Below, piece after piece: positions 1-10,300 of a DNA stretch of 33,909 nt. The stretch is from Bipalium vagum (Eukaryota): positions 1 through 33,909 of the forward strand of contig JBBMKC010220573.1 in assembly GCA_037834085.1 (NCBI GenBank), written 5' to 3'. Position numbers and translations under genes: made by a program. A model generated the notes under the pieces. It did not search any database. It was given only the letters and a program-made list of their open reading frames with translations, and was not told the origin of the DNA. Within the stretch, counting starts at the first letter, position 1; each line of letters starts with the position of its first letter.

Positions 1-139
1 TTTAATCAATTACAATAATATATATAATATACAGATATATGTAATGGGCAAATAATTTTGTCAAAGAGTGTATATTTAATAACATAATGTTACTTTAATA
101 TTTATTACTATAAAATTTATTTTATAAAAATTAGTAGTA

Positions 140-1073
140 CACCGTTTTCATCTCTATTTTGACATTGCAAATTTAATTTTGACAAAATTATCGGCTGAGC
201 TTCTGTTATTAAAGAATGGATTGATGAAGACTGTTCAATCTCTTGAACAAAAAATTCTGATAAATGTTTCAAAAAATTCTGATAAATGTTTCAAAGAATT
301 CAATGTAACGGTTTCAAAGACTACAATCAACAATGTTATATCAGATTTTATACCTTGAAATGAATGCATAATATTACAGAAAAAAGAAATTATGTATTCA
401 ATATACGACCAAGATTTTGCTATGAACAAGAATTTTTTAAACTTCCTTATCAAGTTAATGAAAGTAACCTTATTTATTGACGAAGTTGGCTTTAATGTAA
501 GCATGAGAGCTAAGAGAGACTGATCTTTTAAAGAAAAAAAGCTATTCATGTTGTCCAATCTTTAAGATCAAGAAACATCTGTTTCCAGTGCAATGAATAA
601 GGAATCTTTATTTTGTATTATGCTGCTCAACCTATTACTTTAAATGGTGAATTTTTGAATATATAGAAAATAGCTTTACTTTAAAAATATGTGTAAGAAA
701 TCGGAAACGGTTTTAGTTTATTATTTTTACCTCCATACTCACATTTTTAAAACCCCGTTGAAAATTTATTTTCAAAATGGCAGGAGATTGTACGAAGATA
801 ATGATCAGAAAATAAAGAATCTTTAATGGAATTTATACATAATGGGTCAAGGATTATTCAAAATGAATATTGTTCCGGTTTCTATCGCAATATGGCTTCA
901 CCAATTCTAAAATGTTTGAACAAGGAAATTATTGAATAAATGTATTTATGTTTGAATTTTATGATTTTTTAACGTTGTGAACATATACCTGTTACAATTA
1001 AATTTTTGTGAAAATAGACTTTTTCAATGTGAAAAAAAACCTTAACGTTGTCAAAATAGAGGTGAAAATGGTG
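140..1073 (+). mobile_element. Internally deleted IS630/Tc1-like (DDE) DNA transposon with TIRs
   Basis: 25-bp TIRs caccgttttcatctctattttgaca (140-164) and tgtcaaaatagaggtgaaaatggtg (1049-1073), 2 mismatches, each flanked by TA. Broken + strand transposase motifs: VSKTTINNVISDF, FIDEVGFNVSMR..KAIHVVQSLRSRNI, and LPPYSHF/NPVENLFSKW. Confidence 0.85.
248..301. repeat. 22-bp tandem duplication (2 full copies plus a partial) inside the transposon
   Basis: caaaaaattctgataaatgttt at 248-269 and 270-291, then caaagaattc. Confidence 0.9.
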
Positions 1074-2007
1074 TAATGATAACAATAATCAGAACCATAA
1101 TAATACATTAATTTTATTAATTTTTTCAGAAATATTCTATTTAATTAAAATTTATATTGAAACTAAATTAAATTGTCTTTTAAAATTTAAAAAATATAAG
1201 CAAAATCAAAATTCAACAAAATTTTTTGTTAATCACAATATTGTTTCTGATCATTTAATTCAAGGATAACTGTTTTTGGTTTATCGTTTTTATTATTGAG
1301 TCTCCACAATGATTATAAAAAATTTTGAGAGACGAAATCGAGCTTTCATAAGATGAAATCGAATTAAAGATTCTTTAAATATACTTACATAATTTTATCA
1401 TAGTTTTTAGGTATAATTATGCTTTATTTGTTTAGTTCATTTAAAATTAACTGATCAAGATTATTATGAACAGCATTTTAGCAGTTAAATATTCTCTTAA
1501 ATATCTCCTTCAAATCTTTTCCCTTCTTTTTCTAAATTTATTTATTCATTTATTTTCCGTCAATATTTTTAAAATGACTTCTTTGAACCTCTTGTTAAAA
1601 ATCAAAGTATTTTCATTATCTGAAATAAGATTTTAAAAATAAATTACGGAAAAGACAAAATGACAAAGATGATGAAAAACATAAAATATTTTATGTTACA
1701 CTCAGGTATTGTTTGCTTTTATTTATTTATATACTACTTAAATATGTACAATAATCTATATAAAATAAAAAATAATAAGGTTCTTCACACACAATAAATA
1801 AATATCAAGATTTACAATCGGCAATTATTAATTTTATCGGCTGAGCTACTTTGTAGAACCCTGAGTACATAGTGATAAGTACAGAGTGATCAGTGATCAC
1901 ATTTATATGTCTTGAAATAAACTAGTTTATTTTTTTATCTAATATTTAAAATTTATTCTAAAGAACGTTTTTAGCTTTTAGAATAAACCTTTCCTTAAAA
2001 TCTTATC

Positions 2008-4086
2008 TTAATTAACTTTGGCAGATGTTTTTAACATTGGTAATTCATCTGTACCTTTCTTCCATAAATTGCAAGCTTGAAGCATTCCTATTTCTCGAAC
2101 TCCAGGAGTACGAAAACCAAGCCTACCTACAAAAGTAAATGTGTCTTCAAACTCTTTCATTGACGAATTAGTTGGATAATTCATTTTTTGAATTTCATCT
2201 ATTTTACCAAACATAACGAAACTTTTCAAACTTTTTAGGAGTGTTTCCTTATAGACCCCTGGTATATCTTTACTGTCTGACTTACATTCACTGAGTTCAT
2301 CCTGTAAGAAAAAGTTCAAATCACACAGAGATCCAGATTTCATCGGTGGAACAGTAAAACGATATCCCCCATCTATTATTCTATATATTGGACTATTAAC
2401 TATGTGTGTGTTCACTTGCAAATATTTAGCAATTGCATTATAAGGACATACCACTCTCAAATCGGATATAATGGCTTGAAACACAACTTCAAATCCCAAA
2501 GGAACAATGTCTTTATCTACATTCTGGTCGTGGATACTTTTATTTTCCACAAACTTTATATATTCATTATAAGCTGTATTAATTTCTTTATTGATGGCAA
2601 CTTGAGATATTCCTGTTTGATATGTCAAAAGCCCTAATCTTGTTTTAGTGAACAAATCGCTTTTGGTTAATTTATAATTTTTGAAAAGGGAAGCTCTTTC
2701 AAAATAAGGCATATAATCAATTTTTGACATGATAACCGTTGGTATATCATCAATGTCTGAACCTGCTTTCATTACTGATTCAAGCGGACTCAAAATAAAA
2801 TTGTCTTGCTTTTCTACAAGACTTTCTCGACTTTCGAATATATTTGGTAACTTATTAAAATATTTATCGGCCTGGAGCCAATCAATGGGGGTATTGTTGA
2901 GAAGTGTTTCGGATGTATGATTCTGGAGACAATTAAATATGTCTTCAATTTCCGGGAATATGTTACATGAAATTTGCGATGAAGAATATAAATCATAGAA
3001 TGGACTTCTAATAGGTAAATCTGGAACAAAAGTGGAACCGTCAATTAACCATATCTTGGAAAACCATTGATTGGTTTTCTTCATAAGCATATATAATATT
3101 CCCGTAGTAGCACCGCTTTCTTCAGCCAGCAGAGTTATGTTATTTTTATCCCCACCAAATTTCTCTATGTTATTATAAATAAATTCCATTGCTTTTAATA
3201 CATCAATAATGCCCACATTTGGAGGTGATTTCATGAAATCAAAATTTGCGAATCCTAAAACACCTAATCGGAAATTTATAGTGATAAAAAGTGCATTAAT
3301 TTCCTTTAAAATTGAATCTCCTACCTGAAAAGGTTTATTTCTCAAAAAAGTTCGGCCTGTTAAGACAATAACAACGGGTAAATGGTTTTTGATTTTACGA
3401 CCAAAAAAACCAGGACGTTCTGAAGGAAGTTTGATATTTATTGTTAAGCAACTATCTATTCCGTCAATTTCTAATGAGTTCTCTGAAATCTGTTTGCAAT
3501 TTCTATATGGCAATGTGCTAAAAAAGTACAAACGACCATTATCAAAACGTTTTTGATCTAATTCCAAATTGACCCAATAGGAATTATAACAATCTACAAA
3601 TGTTAACAAAGGTCTTGGTTTATTGAAATGGAAGTTTGTTAATGGTAAGCTGGCGTATGGTACTCCTATAAATTCTTTAATGTTATAACGAATAATAGGC
3701 AATATAGTGGCACAGAAAAGAACTACTGAATCGGAAGGGACGTCATTTCTATTAATCTCTTGGTCTACCAAATGCCACATCTTATACAAATAAAAATGAC
3801 TATAAATAGATAAGATAATACTCAGAATTCCTAGAGCACAAAATATTGAATAAGAAAATAAATGAAAAGCATTTATTATTTTCCATCGAAATCTTGATGA
3901 AAATAAACTCTGTATAGATATTGGAGGTTTTATAATTATATTATCGATATTTGTATGTCGAATAAGATTTAAAACCCGTTCTTTTTCCTGATTCCTTTTC
4001 CTCTGAGAAACATCATCTTTACCCAAAAGATTATTATCAAAAGAATCTTCTCTATCATAATCACCATATTGATCTTCAACGCTCAT
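2008..4086 (-). CDS. Neurotactin-like type II membrane protein with a probably inactive carboxylesterase/cholinesterase domain; single coding exon, 692 aa
   Basis: Uninterrupted ORF. Charged N-terminus, then one hydrophobic helix (~aa 72-100), then carboxylesterase motifs FIGVPYA, DSCLTINI, INFRLGVLGF and NVGIIDVLKAMEFIYNNIEKFGGDKNNITL. GESAG is replaced by AEESG and the HGGG oxyanion loop by LTGR. IISDLRVVCP resembles neurotactin-type proteins. Confidence 0.85.
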   Translation of the reverse strand: MSVEDQYGDYDREDSFDNNLLGKDDVSQRKRNQEKERVLNLIRHTNIDNIIIKPPISIQSLFSSRFRWKIINAFHLFSYSIFCALGILSIILSIYSHFYLYKMWHLVDQEINRNDVPSDSVVLFCATILPIIRYNIKEFIGVPYASLPLTNFHFNKPRPLLTFVDCYNSYWVNLELDQKRFDNGRLYFFSTLPYRNCKQISENSLEIDGIDSCLTINIKLPSERPGFFGRKIKNHLPVVIVLTGRTFLRNKPFQVGDSILKEINALFITINFRLGVLGFANFDFMKSPPNVGIIDVLKAMEFIYNNIEKFGGDKNNITLLAEESGATTGILYMLMKKTNQWFSKIWLIDGSTFVPDLPIRSPFYDLYSSSQISCNIFPEIEDIFNCLQNHTSETLLNNTPIDWLQADKYFNKLPNIFESRESLVEKQDNFILSPLESVMKAGSDIDDIPTVIMSKIDYMPYFERASLFKNYKLTKSDLFTKTRLGLLTYQTGISQVAINKEINTAYNEYIKFVENKSIHDQNVDKDIVPLGFEVVFQAIISDLRVVCPYNAIAKYLQVNTHIVNSPIYRIIDGGYRFTVPPMKSGSLCDLNFFLQDELSECKSDSKDIPGVYKETLLKSLKSFVMFGKIDEIQKMNYPTNSSMKEFEDTFTFVGRLGFRTPGVREIGMLQACNLWKKGTDELPMLKTSAKVN

Positions 4087-4399
4087 GAAAAATCAAGGAA
4101 ATTGATTAATATTTGAATTTATTCTCATTTATAAATTTAAAATAGATTAATTTTAACAAATTGTATGTAATTATTTAAATCTTAAGTAGTAGATCATAAC
4201 AGTAAAAATATGAAGTTATCAAAATGGAAAGATTTTATAGTGACAAAAAATAATAAAATTTAATTAGAATTTTACCTTAAGTTTTAGATATTTAATTTTA
4301 ATTTGTTTTGTTTAAATTTATACAATGTAGCAACTTTTCAAATTCTCTTCAAATCAATTTAAACAATATTAGTAAACAATTAAAGAAACTTTGGAAATC
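4087..4399. promoter_or_regulatory. Probable bidirectional promoter / shared 5' region
   Basis: Only 313 bp separate the divergent ATGs at 4086 (-) and 4400 (+). Confidence 0.5.
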
Positions 4400-7300
4400 A
4401 TGTCTGTAGTTGAATATGTAAATGATATTCTTTCTTTTTTCTTAAACTTTAAATTTTTTACATATTTTTGTTTATCCGTATCAAGTTAATTAGTTTTTAA
4501 ATGTTATAAAATCAATTAAATACAATAAATTTTAAGTTCATGAATTTTAAATAAATTTATATTCCAACAATGCTTTTTACAGATTGATCTGTGCGAAAAT
4601 GATGTCAATAAAAAGAAACCCATGCCAATTATACAGAATGTTAATGGTTTACAGGCTAACAAATCAAAATTGCAAATTAGACCCAAGACTCAAGCCCTAA
4701 AAGCCATAGGTTTAATTGGATGCAAGTTTTATTAATTATTTATTCTATTACAAAAGGTATAAGTTTGATACGAATGCAATATGGCGATAAAGCTGTTAAA
4801 CAAAATTCAAATATTTCTTCGCTCAACTCTGACTGGAAACAAGGTTAATTTAAATTATCAGTAGACTTATACTTACTGACATTTTGGAATTTGATAGTCT
4901 CATTGAAAAACGTGTTGGGAAGTTCGCTATGGTCTGATAACGAAGATAAAAGTAATAGTTCGAAGCTTTTTCGACACATGTTAGAAGAAACGTTTGAGAA
5001 ATGTTATCAGTGTCCTCGTTTTTCGAATTGCTTTTGTTATTATAAGAAGAAGATGACCCGTATTAATTGGATAAATCATATTCGAAGAGGACATTTGAGA
5101 ATTAAAAGCGATTGGAAAAGAATTTTAAAAAATAACCCCCAAACTGGAATCTCTATGGTATTTGAGATTTTTTGCGTTCTGTGCTCGAAAAACGTTAATG
5201 TGAAGCCTTTAACTCCCAAGGACTTTATTCTTCATATTAAGGAGTAATTTTTTTCAATACTTTTCATCTTATAATTTCCATTTATAAGACTTTGAAATTA
5301 AAAGCAATGAAAAATATTTTGTGAATGTTATGGTAAACCTATAATATTTAAATGTGTTTCACGGAATTACCTATTTCTAGAACGGAATTTTTATTTATTG
5401 AAATAGTTATTTAATTTAGAAATGATATTTATTTTATTATATTGCTGATTAAATCTGAATAATATTTGAATAATAAATATTAAGTTTAAATCAACATGGT
5501 TGCGAGTGGTTTTTATCAATAACTCATTATTTTATCAATCAAATGTTCTATTTACAACTAATAATTAATTTTAATATTTATAACCGATTATATTTTATGG
5601 AAAACTCATTTATATTGATTATTCCAAATTTTGTGATAGGTTATTTCAAATCCCAAGAAAATGGAATAGATTTAGTTCAAAATTATCGAAATTAAGGTAA
5701 CAAAAAAAACTGTTATTAAATATTTACAATGCTACCCAAGTTACGTCATAGTTTTTAATAGCCGTTGTTATTATCAATGAGCAAAATACGTATATTGGGA
5801 ATCCAATGAAGTTAATTTACTTAATGATTCGATGGTGTGCAAATACTTGTTTCTGTATTGAGCAAAGTATCATTGATAAGAGCTCTAATGTGTTAATCAT
5901 ATAAAGTCAAACTAAAGCAGTCGAAAATGAAGAAAGTACAATTCATGAAGAATATCAACTTTCCGTTAAATCTTAAATTTGCACTAAATCATTATTTTAG
6001 TACTCAAATATCTTAAGACGTTATCGTGAAAAAATTGGTATCGAATGAAGATCTAAATCATCGATCAGGAAGAGAAATATCTGTTGGGTGACATTATTTA
6101 CCTTAAGTTACTTAAAGGCTTGGCAGAATTCTTATTTTTGTAATGAACAATAAAATAACTATTCGGGAAAAATTTCTCGAAAATACCACCAAAATGCATA
6201 AAGGAATTCTTTAAAATTTAAATATTTAGTCTAATTTTTTATCATTAAAATGGTAAATTACAAGTCCACGAAAAATGCAAAAGTTACCATCTACCATAAC
6301 TTACCATCACGACGATGATTTCAAAATAATGTAAAAAGAATATTATTCATTGTGAAATGGTAATTTTAACCCAATTTCTTTGAAATTAACATACAAAAAT
6401 TATTGATATATTGATTGTATAATTAATTCATTTATCTTTAGGTCTCACGAACACTTAATGCCTTATACGGAATATTTTGCCTTTTGCCAACGTTGTAACG
6501 TGTGCAACGATAAATCGAAATCGTTCCAGCAAAACCTTTTCCACCGTAAAAATTGTTACTTTGCTATCAAAAAAGATCCAAACGGACCATTTACGGGTAA
6601 CTTTAATCATTGCTTTCGAAATCAACGCAATAAAACAATCGTGTGCTTGGAGTTCGAAGACGATAAGAAAACATTTCAATGTAAATGGAAAACTTGTAAA
6701 GTCACTTGCCATTCTGCCTTTAATTATTGGTCAGTTCGGAAAAAGTTAGGTTTATTTATTTTGTATTAATATTATTGATTTTCTTTTGAATTATAATTAT
6801 TGTGGATATATTTTGATTTAACTGTCGCGCTTAATTTATAAATTGTATCAAATTATTAATTTATTAAAAATTAATAATTCCATAATCTATAATTTTCAAA
6901 GTATTACAAAATATTTTTGAAATTAATGAAATTTTATTAAACAAAGAGAAATATAGCATTTTTAAACGTCAAAGAATTTTTGCAAATCATTGTATATACA
7001 TGGTACTTAAGTTATCTGAGGACATAAGTTTAATATTAATTTTTTATATGATCTTTTAAATGTATTAATATGAAATTTGTTTTTACTAAATTACTAGAAA
7101 AATAATAATTATGGAAAACCAAATCACTCAAAAAACGAAGCGACAAGCTGATCATTTCGATTTAGAAATCGCCAGATTTTTAAAAGTCGCACGAACATTT
7201 ATACATAAAGTACGCCAAGTATGCTATAATGGAACAGTGTGAAAACAACAAAGCATAAGGAAAATTCCAAAAGCTGTGACATGATGAATACAGGTGATTT

Positions 7301-10300
7301 TGCCAAGGAAATTAATCAGACAGACTGTTGTTAAGAACTCCAGAAATTCCATGAAAACATGGAATACAAATCGTAAGTATTGGAGAAAGTACCATTTCTC
7401 ATTTAATCAAATCGAAAATGCTCCTACAGCTAAACCATATTTTTGGGTTTTCTCAAAAAAAAATCGACAAAGATCACAAGCTTAACAGAAGAAATGCTCA
7501 GTGGTTATCTATAGACTCTTCCGATGTGCTAACAATCATGGAAAATAAATTTCCAGTTTACCGTCATTGTTTTAGATTTAGTGAACAGTGAAGGATATGT
7601 GATGTTTCATCACTTCTTATAAGGCCTTAGAGTGAATTCTGCTTGCTATATTGAGATCCTGAAAACAGTTGTGAAGCTCTGGATTGATCTAGGACGAAAT
7701 GGAAGACTTATGTTTTTCAGCATAAGGCTCGATAAGCTCAAGAGTAGATGAATAAAAAAATTCATAGCCACGTAAATCCTGATATTTGGATTCCCAACTC
7801 CCCAGATTGAAATCCATTAGGCTACTACGCATGGAGTCTTTCAGAAAGAGGTCAAAGAACATTTCTACATTACTTTGTATTCGCTGAAAGCCACCATACT
7901 CAGAGTTCTGCCCAATATGACTCAGGACCACATAATTAAGGCAATTTCGACCTCGCGTGGAGACATTGATCCAAGTTATTTTTGAATAAAATTAAGCACT
8001 TCATTACTTTTTTAACCGTGTACCAGTTTCATCAATAAAGTTATACATTTTTATTTTATTTCTGTTTTCCTTGAGACATCAATATGTCCTCAAATACCTT
8101 AAGCAACTGTATAACAAGCAAATTAAAAACAACAATATCTATAGACCTGATGATGTGTTTTGATTTTTTTTTCAATTGTCCTTTTCTGTTTTATCAGTTT
8201 ATTCATTGCATCTTTAACGATAGCTCGTTAAGTCATCGATGTATGTTCATCCTCTTTTCTGTTATTATGTTCATTTTGAGCATTAAACTATTAGGTTCTT
8301 GAATTGGAAATGTCGCTAACATTAATTCTGTTTTTTCGCTTATAATATATTGACTATTGCTTTAATATTCATTTTGAAGGGCAAATTTTGTTATACATGC
8401 CAATATTTAATTGATTTTTAAAATGTAATAAAAATTATAGCAAAAGTATCGTATACGGATGTCTCATATATGACTGTAAATATGGAAAAATGCAAAAGAA
8501 TCACACGGTATTCTAATGATACATATTCAATAATGATGTTCTAACCTTACGTCAGTGCTACTGATGGCATACAACTTTTCCAATAAAGCAATAAAAGCCT
8601 TGAATACTAAATGGAACATGGAAAATATCTGGAAGTCGTCGTTCATGAGGAATTGAAAGCAGTGATTGAGTTGGACCCAACACAAACTGGTCAACTGCTG
8701 AAGGGATTTGGTGTCATTATTCCAAAATTTTATTGCCTATATATTTAATTGGAATGAATAACCGGTGCGGAAAATGGGTGCTACATCAGCAAACAAGGCT
8801 GTACGAGTCACTATGAATGGAATTCTTCTCTACAGTGCCAAAATTAGGTTTTTTCGAATCAGTCGTTACATCGGATGAAAATTTCATCTAATAATAATAG
8901 AACCATAAGGTTTCAGTTGTTGAACTTAGGTGAATATAACGCCGAAGTCAGACGTTCATGGTAAAAGGAACTTGCTATGCCTTCAGTGGAACACTAGCGG
9001 ATTGGCATACTTTGAGAACAATGGAGCCGCGTGAATCAAGTGCTGTGGTGTCAGAATATGAAAACATCACAAAATTCCTCCACAACGCTCGGCTGCAAGT
9101 TTCAAAGGCCACACAGCAAAAATTCGAAGAATTTGAGTTGGAAGTTCTCCCTCACGCGTCATATAGTATAGACCTTTCTCTCTCCGATTGTCTGAAAATG
9201 TTCTGAAACGGAGACGAAATCAGAAACTGAGTTTTCAACTTTTTCAAGTCATAACGTGCCGAAATTTTATGAAACTTATAAATTAAATGTTTTATCTAAA
9301 AAATTAACCAATGCTGCTTTCATTATTGAATGTATTCTGATGATTGGAAATAATTTCTTTCGCCAAATAATGTTTCTAGTTCCTTGATGAAAAAAATTTA
9401 TCTTTAACAAATCTCTTGACACAAATCGTCTATTCAATGTTTATGTTTACTTGTCGATTTCGATCAATTCAATTGATTCTGTTTATATTTTGTGTAGTCA
9501 TTTTATTAAAAAATCATCGAAAGTCAGTCCGACAAAGTCGATCAATTATTACGCACCGATTCGGAAACCAAAAATATTCATGGAGTCCGATTGGATTGCC
9601 CCGAGATCGCAGGTGAATTATAGTGATCCAAAGACGAAATTCTTAATTCCCGCTCCGTTTCTACTGCGAAATGAAGGCAATTCCAAAAAGTATTTTGAAG
9701 AATGGTCTAAATCAATAAGACCGGAAAATTCGACATTGACCAAAATAAATCCGTGGTTTTGTGAAATGTGCAATGGGATGCTGAAGAATGTGTTTCGTGC
9801 CTATCCTCATTTGAAAATGTGTCATCCAAATGTAAGTAATTGTTTGCTTTGATTGTTTGCACTTATTTAGCATAGAAGGATAATAATAAAATTATAATAA
9901 AAGTTAATAATATATAATCTCAGTTGATACTCAACTTTCCCTACAGGCCATATTTTGTGAAAATCAATGCAAATCATGTGAAAAACGTTTCATCACCCTG
10001 CAAGGATTTCAGAGGCACTTTGAGGAATTCAAAAGATGTCCGGTTTCCAAAAAGTGTGGTTTGTGTGGACTATCGGTTTCGACAAATGACATTTACAACC
10101 ACTTGTATGAAAAGCATAGGGTAATCATTTTTTTTCAAAAATGCGTTGTTTGCTTTTCTTTGGTTAAGTGCTTTGAAAGCTTAGTCAAAATTCGTATTTT
10201 TTTAAAGACTTTATTATTAAAAAAATTTTCTTGGGTCTGTGCAAAATAATATCGATTTTTATTGGTTTCATTTATATTTAAAATTTTTTATTTAAAACTC

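Noticed and set aside
235-558. 107-aa minus-strand ORF
   Set aside because: Antisense shadow of the + strand transposase remnant.
2404-3044. Short ORFs overlapping the esterase-like gene
   Set aside because: Alternative-frame or antisense by-products with no motifs.
5640-6340. Coding-like decayed sequence in intron 4, perhaps an LTR-retrotransposon integrase
   Set aside because: No motif could be read with confidence.
8076-8154. Possible extra zinc-finger gene exon (HQYVLKYLKQ...)
   Set aside because: Overlaps the right TIR of the maT element and has weak splice sites.
9380-9438. Possible small exon before exon 6
   Set aside because: Open only in phase 0, incompatible with the phase 1 or 2 donors of exon 5.
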